Assembly: GCA_963665295.1 (NCBI GenBank)
Contig: OY762209.1
Location: forward strand, 5,088,001-5,152,000
Origin: Syntrophorhabdaceae bacterium
GTDB lineage: Bacteria > Desulfobacterota > Syntrophorhabdia > Syntrophorhabdales > Syntrophorhabdaceae
DNA length: 64,000 nt
Direction of reading: 5' to 3'
Position 1 is the first letter of the stretch. Each line of letters starts with the position of its first letter. The notes below the pieces were generated by a model, which saw only the letters and a list, made by a program, of their open reading frames with translations, did not search any database and was not told where the DNA came from. Of the stretch, positions 9,401 to 17,865 are shown one piece after another. A program made the translations under genes and the position numbers.

Positions 9401-10909
9401 TCAGGGCGCCCGGCAGAGCCATTTTCTCCTCTCTTCTTCGTATTTCTCCTCTGCAATCGCCAATCGGGAAGGGTCCACAAGCCACCGCCAGGGAGCATCC
9501 ATATGCCACTGCCGGTGGACGTATTGCCCTATGCACTTGTCGTCAACAAACACTTTCATGGCTCCCCCCGGTACTTTGCCGAATAGAACGAATCTGAGCC
9601 TCAATCTGCCTTGCCCGAAAAAACGCAACATAGACTTGATGTGAAGATATCCGTCGAGCCTTCTCAAAACAATATTCCTGGTATTTCTCAATATTCTTGA
9701 GATGCGGGCATAGGCATAGACGCACATGCCCGCTAAGCCCCCGGCAACCGGGCGATGCCTCCCTTGCCCGTGCACGGCCGTGACACGGCCTTCCACCGCA
9801 CTCATGGGGACCGGGAAGGGGTCGTTTTCAGAGTTGTTGTCGCCGCGGGTCAGGAGACCGTCGGCGTGTACGGCCATGATCCGGTGGACCACCCTGATGC
9901 CCTTTACAGGATCGTGAAAACAGGCGACGTCGCCGCGGCGGGGATTCTTACCGTTGTAGGGTTCAACATCCAGAAAATCGGGCGCTTTCAACGTGGGATA
10001 CATGCTGTTTCCAGAGAGCGTCACACCCCAAGGCATGACCGGAACCCTCACGGAACTGCCGCCGGCAGATGGGTGCGCCACAGGGTATCCGCTCAGAAGG
10101 GGCTCTTTTTTTAACGACTCTTCGACCAGCTTCCAGAATTCTCCGGTCAGACCCAGATGAAGGATGTACGCATGCAGCGCCGCCGTCAGTGCACAGACGA
10201 TCGAGAATTGCCTCAAGCGGTTTTCCCGCACCTCGGGAAGGGATAATTGCCGGTCGAAAACACCGTTTACCTGTCCTACCGAGTCGATAAGCATGGCTGC
10301 AGCCTGGGTCGGATTGATTTCTTCTAAAGTATCTTCCGGGGAGCGACGGAGAAAGTAGAGAGCAGCGAGCGGTACGGCAGCGCCGGTATCCCAGGCGCCG
10401 CCCGGGCCGTCGTCATAAAAGCGGCTCCAAGTCGGCCAGGGATGTGCCAGATACTTTCCCTCCGGATCCCGTACGATAAGGACCGTATCGTCACAGAGCG
10501 AATGCCAGGGAAAAGGGAGCCTTAAAGATGCCGTGGTTTTTCCGGTACCTCCCGGCGCCGCAAAAAGAACCCCTTTCCCTTCGTACTCTGCGAGCGCGCC
10601 ATGCACAAGTACGCCGCCGTGGGTTTGGACTTCATGGGCAATGACCAGGCTAACCTTCATAGCCCTGGATACAAGGTCGAACCTATTTTGGGGTCGGGAG
10701 AAGCGGTAGACAATCATATCATCGTCTACGGAAAAGGCTTCCTCTTGCTCTTCCCGGGCGGTCATAACGCAAAGAGAACGACTCGCGACGCCGGTCTTGA
10801 GCATCATGGCGTTCGCCAGGAGTTCCACGACGGGCTCCATTTCCTTTGTTCCCGCGTGGATTTGTCTTCGGGAGCCGTCAGTCAGAGACAGCAGGTATGA
10901 TTTCCCCAT
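9401..10909 (-). CDS. scmC: SynChlorMet cassette ScmC-like HprK-related kinase fused to an S26/S24-type serine peptidase domain
   Basis: N-half: VHGALAE...GVLFAAPGGTGKTT (Walker A), SLCDD, AHPWPTWS. C-half: SGNSMYPTL, RRGDV, VVHRI, TRGDNN. It lies directly downstream of two rSAM genes. Confidence 0.78.
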   Translation of the reverse strand: MGKSYLLSLTDGSRRQIHAGTKEMEPVVELLANAMMLKTGVASRSLCVMTAREEQEEAFSVDDDMIVYRFSRPQNRFDLVSRAMKVSLVIAHEVQTHGGVLVHGALAEYEGKGVLFAAPGGTGKTTASLRLPFPWHSLCDDTVLIVRDPEGKYLAHPWPTWSRFYDDGPGGAWDTGAAVPLAALYFLRRSPEDTLEEINPTQAAAMLIDSVGQVNGVFDRQLSLPEVRENRLRQFSIVCALTAALHAYILHLGLTGEFWKLVEESLKKEPLLSGYPVAHPSAGGSSVRVPVMPWGVTLSGNSMYPTLKAPDFLDVEPYNGKNPRRGDVACFHDPVKGIRVVHRIMAVHADGLLTRGDNNSENDPFPVPMSAVEGRVTAVHGQGRHRPVAGGLAGMCVYAYARISRILRNTRNIVLRRLDGYLHIKSMLRFFGQGRLRLRFVLFGKVPGGAMKVFVDDKCIGQYVHRQWHMDAPWRWLVDPSRLAIAEEKYEEERRKWLCRAP

Positions 10910-10950
10910 GGTCTGTCAACCCTCTCATTCAACATTGCCGGAGAGGGTCT

Positions 10951-12144
10951 TCAACGGACCGTATCCGGCATGAGGCGTGTTGTCCCTTGCGTGCTCCGGC
11001 CTTTCCTGCGGCGACTTGCCGGGAAAAGCCCTTGCCTGTCGGCCTCCCGGCATCGCGTGCCCGCCCATACCATACCTCCCCCTTTCCGGTAGTTTGCGGC
11101 AACGCAGCCGGTGCGGCACACGCGCGAGAGGATGCAATCCCCGCATATTCCCGGATACCCGAGATAATCTTCAAGCTCCCGCCGGAGACTTTGCAGTTTC
11201 GGGTGATGGAACCATATCTCCCGCACGCTGTCGCCCAGACGTCCATAGACAAGGGAGGGGACCGTCTGCCCAATGCCGCACATAGCGATCTCGCCCGTGC
11301 CCAGGATACCCAGAATACCGATGACGCCGCAATCCCCCGTGCGGCCCCCGGTTTCCATGAGCGTCCTGAAAGACCGGACGGCCGGCGGCAAATTGAGGAT
11401 GAAACCCTTGATGGACGTCTTTTCCTTCAGTTCGCCATACACATATTTCTCAAGGGCCCGCAGTTCCGTGATGCCGAGGGTTTCCCTGCGCGCCGTCATC
11501 TGCTTGCCCCGCCCGCTGTCGGTGACAGGATTGAATTTTACCGAGGCCACGCCATGCTTTGCCGCCAGGGATGCAACGCCGTCTATTTGAGAAACGTTTC
11601 CTCTATGGAGGCTCATGATGACCTGCGTGTTGTCGTATCCCGCTTCTTTGAGGCAGTCAAGTCCGCTCAAGGCGGCGGCAAAAGCGCCTCGGGCGCCTCT
11701 GAAGGCGTCGTGCGCCTCCTCGTCGGGATCGTCGAGGCTCACGGAAATGGAGCCTACTTTTGTGTTGTTCTTGAGCCAGTGCGCCAGCTCCCGCGTCATC
11801 AGGGTGCCGTTGGTCTCCATGTTCATGGTGAGGCCCATGTCGGAGAGCCCCGCCGCAATCTCCTTGAAGCGTGGATGAAGAAGGGGCTCGCCGCCCGTGA
11901 GTTTTGCCCTTGTCAATCCCAGGTTTTTGGCCTCTTTCACCGCGGCAAAAAGCGGTTCCGGGTCGATGCATTCCCGCGGGTCGGGCCTGCCGTCGATAAA
12001 ACGCGGCGTGACCCAGCAGTGGCGGCACATGAGGTTGCAGCCGGAGGTGAGATAGAGGTAAAAGGAGCGGAGCGGCGGCACACCTTGCGGCAGCTCCGGG
12101 AAAGATGACGATTCAACGGGAATTTCCGGATCGCAAAGGGACAT
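10951..12144 (-). CDS. scmF: Radical SAM/SPASM peptide maturase, ScmF-like
   Basis: FYLYLTSGCNLMCRHCW (CxxxCxxC), LTGGEPLLHP, METNGTL, SPASM Cys array CGDCILSRVCRTGC; probable start ATG 12144 after a GAGGA RBS. Confidence 0.85.
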   Translation of the reverse strand: MSLCDPEIPVESSSFPELPQGVPPLRSFYLYLTSGCNLMCRHCWVTPRFIDGRPDPRECIDPEPLFAAVKEAKNLGLTRAKLTGGEPLLHPRFKEIAAGLSDMGLTMNMETNGTLMTRELAHWLKNNTKVGSISVSLDDPDEEAHDAFRGARGAFAAALSGLDCLKEAGYDNTQVIMSLHRGNVSQIDGVASLAAKHGVASVKFNPVTDSGRGKQMTARRETLGITELRALEKYVYGELKEKTSIKGFILNLPPAVRSFRTLMETGGRTGDCGVIGILGILGTGEIAMCGIGQTVPSLVYGRLGDSVREIWFHHPKLQSLRRELEDYLGYPGICGDCILSRVCRTGCVAANYRKGGGMVWAGTRCREADRQGLFPASRRRKGRSTQGTTRLMPDTVR

Positions 12145-13258
12145 TCTTATCCTCTTTATATTTCTTGTAGCAGTTCCTTGGGTCAACGGCGTTTAACGTG
12201 CCGCATTGGGCGAAAACGACCGCCGGGCAGCCTCCTGTGCAAAATCCGGCATAGCTGCAGTCCCCGCATCCGGCGACCGTGGTGATCGGGGTTTCATAAC
12301 GTGTGCGCAGGATATTGATTTCCCGTCCTGAAAGCCACGCCTCGCGAAGCGGCGTAGAGCCGATCTTCCCCATGACCATAGTAGGCAGCATAGTGCAAGG
12401 GACGATAGCGCCGTCGTGGCGAATCGCCATCTTATTGAAAACTCCGCCACAGGCGGCAAGTTTTCCCCTGCCCGGCAGGCCGGTCTTGCCTTCGGCGAGG
12501 GCTCCTTCGATCTGAGCGACGTTTCTGGTGAAGGCCAGGGGTCCCGCTGCGGCTTTAATGCGTCCCGGGTAGCGCAGGGCAAGCTCTTCCATGGTTTTGA
12601 CGGCCACGTCCCACTCTTCGTTGGAGAGGATCACGTCCTGACCGGAGCAGCGGGCGGAGCCGAAGGGGTTGGCGCCGTCGGTGCTGAAGGATTTCAGCCC
12701 TGCGTCTTCGAGGAGCAGGACGGCGACGTTTTCCAGATCACGCACATTGTAGCGATTGACCGTGACCCGGACGGTAACAGGAAAATCATGTTTCTTGAGC
12801 AGGCGCAACCCGCGCAAAGCCCGCTCGAAGCTCGCAGGCGAACGAGTTGAGTCGTGGATCTCAGGCGTGGCTCCGTCGATGGATACCTGAATGGAATCGA
12901 GGCGCAGCCGGCGCTTGCCTTCACGGAAGGCGTCGATGACCTTGTCGTCGATGAGGGTGCCGTTGGAGAGAACGCTGTAGCGCATGCGGTTTTCGATCAC
13001 GCTGTCAACCAGTGTGAAAAAATCAGGACGAGTAAAGACCTCGCCGCCGCTTAAGGTGAGGCGCTCGACGCCTATTGCACCCGCCTCAACAAAAAACTCA
13101 CGCCACCGATCCGTAGGAAGATCGTCAAGGGCGGTCATTTCATCGGCGTAGAAGCAATAGCGGCACCGGAGGTTGCATTTACCCGTCAGACTGACCTGAA
13201 GGTTCGCGGGTGCGCCGCGTACACCGAAAGGATTGTTTTCACGTCTCCGAGGTTTCAT
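12113..13258 (-). CDS. scmE: Radical SAM/SPASM peptide maturase, ScmE-like
   Basis: LTGKCNLRCRYC, LSGGEVFTRPDF, VSIDG, SPASM Cys array ACGG...PC...CGDCSYAGFCTGGCP. Confidence 0.85.
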   Translation of the reverse strand: MKPRRRENNPFGVRGAPANLQVSLTGKCNLRCRYCFYADEMTALDDLPTDRWREFFVEAGAIGVERLTLSGGEVFTRPDFFTLVDSVIENRMRYSVLSNGTLIDDKVIDAFREGKRRLRLDSIQVSIDGATPEIHDSTRSPASFERALRGLRLLKKHDFPVTVRVTVNRYNVRDLENVAVLLLEDAGLKSFSTDGANPFGSARCSGQDVILSNEEWDVAVKTMEELALRYPGRIKAAAGPLAFTRNVAQIEGALAEGKTGLPGRGKLAACGGVFNKMAIRHDGAIVPCTMLPTMVMGKIGSTPLREAWLSGREINILRTRYETPITTVAGCGDCSYAGFCTGGCPAVVFAQCGTLNAVDPRNCYKKYKEDKNVPLRSGNSR

Positions 13259-13514
13259 CGTGGACGATTACAAAATCGGGCAGCAGGGATTCAATAAACC
13301 TCTCGACATCCTCCTGCACATGCGTGGCGCCTTCGGTGTTTGCCGCCAGATATGCCGAGATTTCCGCGGAGGTCCGGGGCCGGGCGATTCTGTCCCATAT
13401 GAGCCGTCCCGTTTCGTTGATCAGCACCACTTCGTCCGTATCGGGGTTGAAAAGCAGCGCCCCTTCGTCCTCGTCCCTTAGAGACACTACAGGATTTACT
13501 GCGTAACGCTTCAT
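13239..13514 (-). CDS. scmD: PqqD-family RiPP recognition element (ScmD-like)
   Basis: 91 aa, NPVVSLRDEDEGALLFNPDTDEVVLINETGRLIW...DVERFIESL; overlaps the rSAM start. Confidence 0.85.
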   Translation of the reverse strand: MKRYAVNPVVSLRDEDEGALLFNPDTDEVVLINETGRLIWDRIARPRTSAEISAYLAANTEGATHVQEDVERFIESLLPDFVIVHDETSET

Positions 13515-13807
13515 AGATTGACCTCATACCCGATTAATCCCGTATCCAGGAGAATATCCAGAATGGCCCGCACATCGTCCTCCAGCGTCGGTGGCGCATC
13601 AATAAAACATTTTGCCGTTTCCTCGATGATGTCCCCCACGGTGCGGACGCCGTTCACGAGCCGCCAGATCAAAAGTCCGGTTGAGTTGAGCGCAAGACCG
13701 GTCGGAACGTCCAGATTGACGATAACCGCCCAGCCGCCTGCGTCTTCCTGCAGGGCATACGCCGGATTGCCGACAGGCAGCGAATCTAAACCGATTTCCC
13801 CGATCAT
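13511..13807 (-). CDS. Second PqqD-family RiPP recognition element
   Basis: 98 aa, ALNSTGLLIWRLVNGVRTVGDII...DVRAILDILLDTGLI; ATGA overlap with the next gene. Confidence 0.85.
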   Translation of the reverse strand: MIGEIGLDSLPVGNPAYALQEDAGGWAVIVNLDVPTGLALNSTGLLIWRLVNGVRTVGDIIEETAKCFIDAPPTLEDDVRAILDILLDTGLIGYEVNL

Positions 13808-13963
13808 TCAGATTTCCATTCAATGTCGTTAAGTTCTATTTATAGCGTATAAATCACTAATTGGCAATCACAATAATATATTGGCGGAATAATTTGTTGA
13901 AGTTGCAATCGTAAATGTGGTATTCAAATGATAAATCACAGATCAAAAGGAGGTTCGGTCAAC

Positions 13964-14164
13964 ATGAAGAAAACATCCTCCCCCACATCGACACCGGTCA
14001 TGGACAGCCCGGAGACTAAAGCGGCCAAGCGGTACGTCCCACCCACTGCGCTTCGGTTCGAATACTCTGTGGCGCACGCAGCCTGCAGCTATGGATCCGA
14101 CGCCCCCACCGGGTGCAGTACCGGCGCCGTCGCCTTCGGCTGCACCAATGGGACCAACGAATAA
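13964..14164 (+). CDS. Putative RiPP precursor peptide (ScmA-like), 66 aa
   Basis: AAGGAGGT RBS; leader with KRYVPP (YxxP); core with CSYG, CSTG and CTNG; divergent from the PqqD/rSAM operon. Confidence 0.78.
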   Translation: MKKTSSPTSTPVMDSPETKAAKRYVPPTALRFEYSVAHAACSYGSDAPTGCSTGAVAFGCTNGTNE

Positions 14165-14294
14165 GCAGATAAAGAATGGGGTTTCTTAAGATACCCTGAC
14201 TGCCCCTCTCGCTGCCCGTCCTTACAGCCCGAGGGACTCTCCTACTATCAGGACTATCAACTCCGTGCGGAAGGGCTCTTTGGCTGGGACCGTG

Positions 14295-14392
14295 TACGGT
14301 CAACAATACCCGGACGAAAGGCATGGTTGATCTTGTAATCGGCACCATTTCCATAGGCGGGTTGAACGCGGACCGGTTCCAGGTCGTGGAAG
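14295..14392 (+). repeat. Degenerate non-coding copy of 8987..9084 (metallophosphoesterase C-terminal fragment)
   Basis: About 90% identity by manual alignment; intergenic. Confidence 0.85.
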
Positions 14393-14532
14393 TGTCCGCC
14401 CGTACCCTGTCTCTTCCCGGCCTTTCCTCACTGTTAAAGGCGGATTCGCCTTGAAATCAACGAGTGCAGGTGGTAGTAAATAGACAAACCCCGGTCTGAC
14501 CCCGGGCATTGCGTGCTTTTCGCGGAGAAACA

Positions 14533-14997
14533 ATGCAGAACTCCACCGATAATGAAGAGTTGTTTTCCGTCATCAACGAGATGTTCAACGAGATCCCCTT
14601 CAACAGAGTGCTGGGCCTTAGAGTCGAATCACTGGGTCATGACCGGGTCGAGGCTTCATTCGAGATGCGGGATGACCTGCTCGGACACTATTCCCGTCGC
14701 ATGCTCCATGGAGGCGTCATTTCGGCTGTTATCGACGTTACGGGTGGCCTCGCGGCATTCATGGGTGTTGAAGAAAGGATGAGCGGTGAGAGCCTGGAAG
14801 CCAAACTCAAAAAGTTCGGTAAGGTAAGCACCCTTGATCTGCGCGTCGATTTCCTGCGCCCCGGTCTCGGCAACCGGTTTGTCGTAAGGGCCCACACCTT
14901 GAAGACGGGGAGCAAGGTTGCGGTTACAAGAATCGAGTTGAGAAACGATGAGGATGATCTCATTGCCGCGGGCACGGGATCATATATAGTGGCATAA
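14533..14997 (+). CDS. PaaI/hotdog-fold thioesterase
   Basis: IPFNRVLGL, LHGGVISAVIDVTGG, STLDLRVDFLRPG. Confidence 0.88.
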   Translation: MQNSTDNEELFSVINEMFNEIPFNRVLGLRVESLGHDRVEASFEMRDDLLGHYSRRMLHGGVISAVIDVTGGLAAFMGVEERMSGESLEAKLKKFGKVSTLDLRVDFLRPGLGNRFVVRAHTLKTGSKVAVTRIELRNDEDDLIAAGTGSYIVA

Positions 14998-15009
14998 AGG
15001 AGGCACACC

Positions 15010-15459
15010 ATGTTCGTCCCACCGAAGGTTATTCTCGTTCCCACGGATTTTTCCGGTTTTTCAGACAATGCGCTGCAGTACGCTTTGGATATCGCGGTCC
15101 AGCACGGGGCAACGGTTTATGTACTCAATGTGCGCGAAAGAAAGGTATATTCGGACCACACCGTTACCATGGAGCTTATAGAAAGTATGGAAAAACGAAG
15201 GATCGAGTCTGCACAGCATGAACTTCTCGAAGAACTGAACAAGTTTCCCCTGAGCAAGAACGTGCCTGTTTTGCCCATAGTGCGGATCGGTCTCGACTAT
15301 GAGGAAATACTCAACCTGGAGGACGAACTCGGGGTGAACCTGATCGTGATCGGGTCACACGGAAGGACAGGGGCAATGGCCCTTCTTATGGGAAGCGTGG
15401 CGGAAAAAGTGGCAAGAAACGCAAAGTGCCCCGTATTGGTGGTGAGGACAGCGGGCTGA
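15010..15459 (+). CDS. Universal stress protein (UspA family)
   Basis: ILVPTDFS, LIVIGSHGRTG, LMGSVAEKVARNAKCPVLVV. Confidence 0.93.
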   Translation: MFVPPKVILVPTDFSGFSDNALQYALDIAVQHGATVYVLNVRERKVYSDHTVTMELIESMEKRRIESAQHELLEELNKFPLSKNVPVLPIVRIGLDYEEILNLEDELGVNLIVIGSHGRTGAMALLMGSVAEKVARNAKCPVLVVRTAG

Positions 15460-15560
15460 CGCTTTCCGGCTCCCGGGTTGGAAATGCAATGACACAGGCA
15501 ATCGAATCCGTTGTCGGAATCACCGGTATCGGTTGCCGCAAAGATTGAGAGGGACAAGGA

Positions 15561-17360
15561 ATGAAGAACATTTTGCGGATTCTCGGAGTATTGCTCATTG
15601 GCGCGGTCTGTCTTTTTGCAACGGATTGCCTTGCCCAAGGTAAACCTCCATTGAAGGTTGCCCTCATATTCGACATAGGCGGGAGAGGGGACGGCGGGTT
15701 CAATGATTCCGCATACCATGGTCTTCAAAAAGCGGCCCGCGACTTCAACATAAAGACGGACCTTGTCGAACCCCGGAGAAGTCTGGACAGGGAACAGGCC
15801 TTAAACGCCCTTGCGGTTTCCGATGCGGACATGGTTATTGGAGTGGGGTTCGCCTTTACTGAAAACATGAATGCCCTTGCCGCCCGGTATCCCCAAAAGA
15901 AGTTCGTATGTGTCGATTACGGCGTCAAGCACGACCACAAAGGGGCCGTCATACCCCCTGCGGCAAACCTGGCAGGCCTGCTTTTCAAGGAAGAGGAAGG
16001 CTCTTACCTGGTAGGAGTCATGGCAGCCTTAAGGAGCGGGACAGGCAAGATCGGATTTATGGGCGGCATGGATTGCCCCATCATTCGTAAATTCGAAGCC
16101 GGCTACATGGCGGGCGCCAAGGCGGCGAGGCCCGATATCATCGTGCTGTCACGGTTTGCGGGGATTACGGGAAAGTCGTTCAACGACCCTGAAAAAGGAG
16201 AAGCCATGGCAACCGCCATGTACCGGGATGGGGCGGACGTTATCTTTCACGCCGCCGGACCTACTGGGGAGGGTCTCTTCAAGGCCGCAAAGAAGTTCAA
16301 CAGGTTCGCCATAGGCGTTGACAGCGACCAGTACATGCAGGCGCCCGGTCTAGTCCTCACGAGCATGACCAAGAATGTGGACGTGGCGGTTTTTGAAAGC
16401 ATCAAGTCCCTGGCGGACGGAAACTTCTCCGGGGGCCTCAAGGTTTTCGGCCTGAAAGAGAACGGCGTGGGATTTGTCTATGACGATCACAACAAGGGCC
16501 TCATCCCCCCGGACGCGTACAAAAAGGTCCTCGAGGCGCGGGAAAGGATTATAAAAGGAGAAACCGTCGTCCCCACCTCTACCCAAAACAAGCGGTTATT
16601 TGCAAGATCGGACCTGCGCGAACTCCTTTCCCGGTTGCAGAGCGAGACCCTTGCCGTACTGGCCGGACTGGAGGGGGATCTCACACGAAGCGCCCGGGCC
16701 CTCTCGGGAAAGACGCTCAAGGGCAACCACGCCCGGAAGGTGCTCAAGAAACTCTACGCCTCGAACCCTTATATCATCGATTGTGAAACAGTGAGCAACA
16801 AAGGGATCATGCTCGTGGTGGAGCCGTCCCGGTTCAGTTCATCCGAAGGAGCCGATATAAGCAAGCAGGCACACATGGTGACCCTTTTCCGGACAAAGAA
16901 ACCCGTGTTAAGCGGGGCCTTCCGTTCCGTTGAGGGCCCGGAGGCGGTGGCGTTCCATTATCCTGTCTTCTCTTCCCCGGGCAAGACATTTTCAGGGTCC
17001 GTGTCAACCCTTTTCGCTCCCGAATACCTTTTGTCCCGCATAATAGGCCCCGTCGCATCTCTCCAGCCCGTGGATATATCGCTCATGCAGACGGACGGCA
17101 GGATGATCTACGACATAGACACAAAACAGATAGGCTTGAATGCCTTCACCGACCCCCTGTATCAGCCGTTCCCCGAGGTCCTTGCCCTCGTCAAGAAGGT
17201 AGCCGCGGAAAAGGAAGGCACCGCCACCTACCGTTTCTACCGTCAGGGATCACAGACACCCGTAGTAAAAGAAGCCCACTGGAAGACCATAGCCTTCCAC
17301 GGTGCCGAGTGGAGGCTCATAGTAGCCTGTTCAAAGGATGACATGGAACCGGACAAATAG
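15561..17360 (+). CDS. BMP/PnrA-family substrate-binding protein fused to a C-terminal Cache-like domain
   Basis: GGRGDGGFNDSAY, FKEEEGSYLVG, DVIFHAAG, IGVDSDQ, LTSMTKNVD; the C-terminal ~240 aa has Cache-like GADISKQAH, KPVLS and LMQTDGRMIYD. Confidence 0.8.
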   Translation: MKNILRILGVLLIGAVCLFATDCLAQGKPPLKVALIFDIGGRGDGGFNDSAYHGLQKAARDFNIKTDLVEPRRSLDREQALNALAVSDADMVIGVGFAFTENMNALAARYPQKKFVCVDYGVKHDHKGAVIPPAANLAGLLFKEEEGSYLVGVMAALRSGTGKIGFMGGMDCPIIRKFEAGYMAGAKAARPDIIVLSRFAGITGKSFNDPEKGEAMATAMYRDGADVIFHAAGPTGEGLFKAAKKFNRFAIGVDSDQYMQAPGLVLTSMTKNVDVAVFESIKSLADGNFSGGLKVFGLKENGVGFVYDDHNKGLIPPDAYKKVLEARERIIKGETVVPTSTQNKRLFARSDLRELLSRLQSETLAVLAGLEGDLTRSARALSGKTLKGNHARKVLKKLYASNPYIIDCETVSNKGIMLVVEPSRFSSSEGADISKQAHMVTLFRTKKPVLSGAFRSVEGPEAVAFHYPVFSSPGKTFSGSVSTLFAPEYLLSRIIGPVASLQPVDISLMQTDGRMIYDIDTKQIGLNAFTDPLYQPFPEVLALVKKVAAEKEGTATYRFYRQGSQTPVVKEAHWKTIAFHGAEWRLIVACSKDDMEPDK

Positions 17361-17439
17361 GATAGGGGCCGGGGGGAGACAGGCGTCTCAAGGGCTTGTG
17401 GATGTCCCCGGCGCTACCCCCGTCAGGGGCCGACGGAGG

Positions 17440-17560
17440 GTTCTCCCCGGTTGCGTCTCCCGTTATTTTGCGTATTATCTGAGGAACAAGCCCTTCGCTG
17501 AAACCGGCCACAAAGGACCGGAACATCAGCTTGGCGAACTCGCAACCGGATTGGGGGGGC
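17440..17560 (-). pseudogene. Fragment resembling the C-terminus of a membrane protein
   Basis: FAKLMFRSFVAGFSEGLVPQII resembles the recurrent xSFxAGFSERxVPxxI motif; no plausible start. Boundaries approximate. Confidence 0.35.
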
Positions 17561-17572
17561 CGAGCGCCGTAA

Positions 17573-17805
17573 TCACTTTTCAACCGTTTGCGAAATCAGT
17601 ACCTTCTCAAGATCCTTTATGGGTAGGGTGAACACGTTCCTGCCGAAGGGATACGCCTCTTCCCCTGGATAGAAGGCAAGGCCCGCCCTGCAACCAAGGC
17701 CCTCGAAGGCGTTCCGGAGCCCCTTCGTTATCGACGGACTCAAGGAATACTTCACCTCGACCGCGACAGAGTGCGAACAAGGCCGGAGTCCCGGACAAGG
17801 AGGTA
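17573..17805 (-). pseudogene. Relic of a DUF4143-containing AAA ATPase
   Basis: LLVRDSGLVRTL followed, in another frame and after an apparent deletion, by AVEVKYSLSPSITKG...YPGEEAYP...VFTLP. Confidence 0.55.
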
Positions 17806-17865
17806 GTGATGTAGTTTAAGATGTCCCTGATGGCTCTCCTGATCGTAAACAGATTCAGTCATCGA

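Noticed and set aside
13882..13897. Sigma54 promoter for the precursor gene (TGGCGG...TTTGT)
   Set aside because: The -24/-12 spacing and the GC dinucleotide do not fit; only an AT-rich divergent intergenic region can be supported.
14533..17360. Thioesterase, Usp and BMP genes as part of the RiPP cluster
   Set aside because: They lie beyond the 98-bp repeat relic and are generic families with no peptide-modification link.
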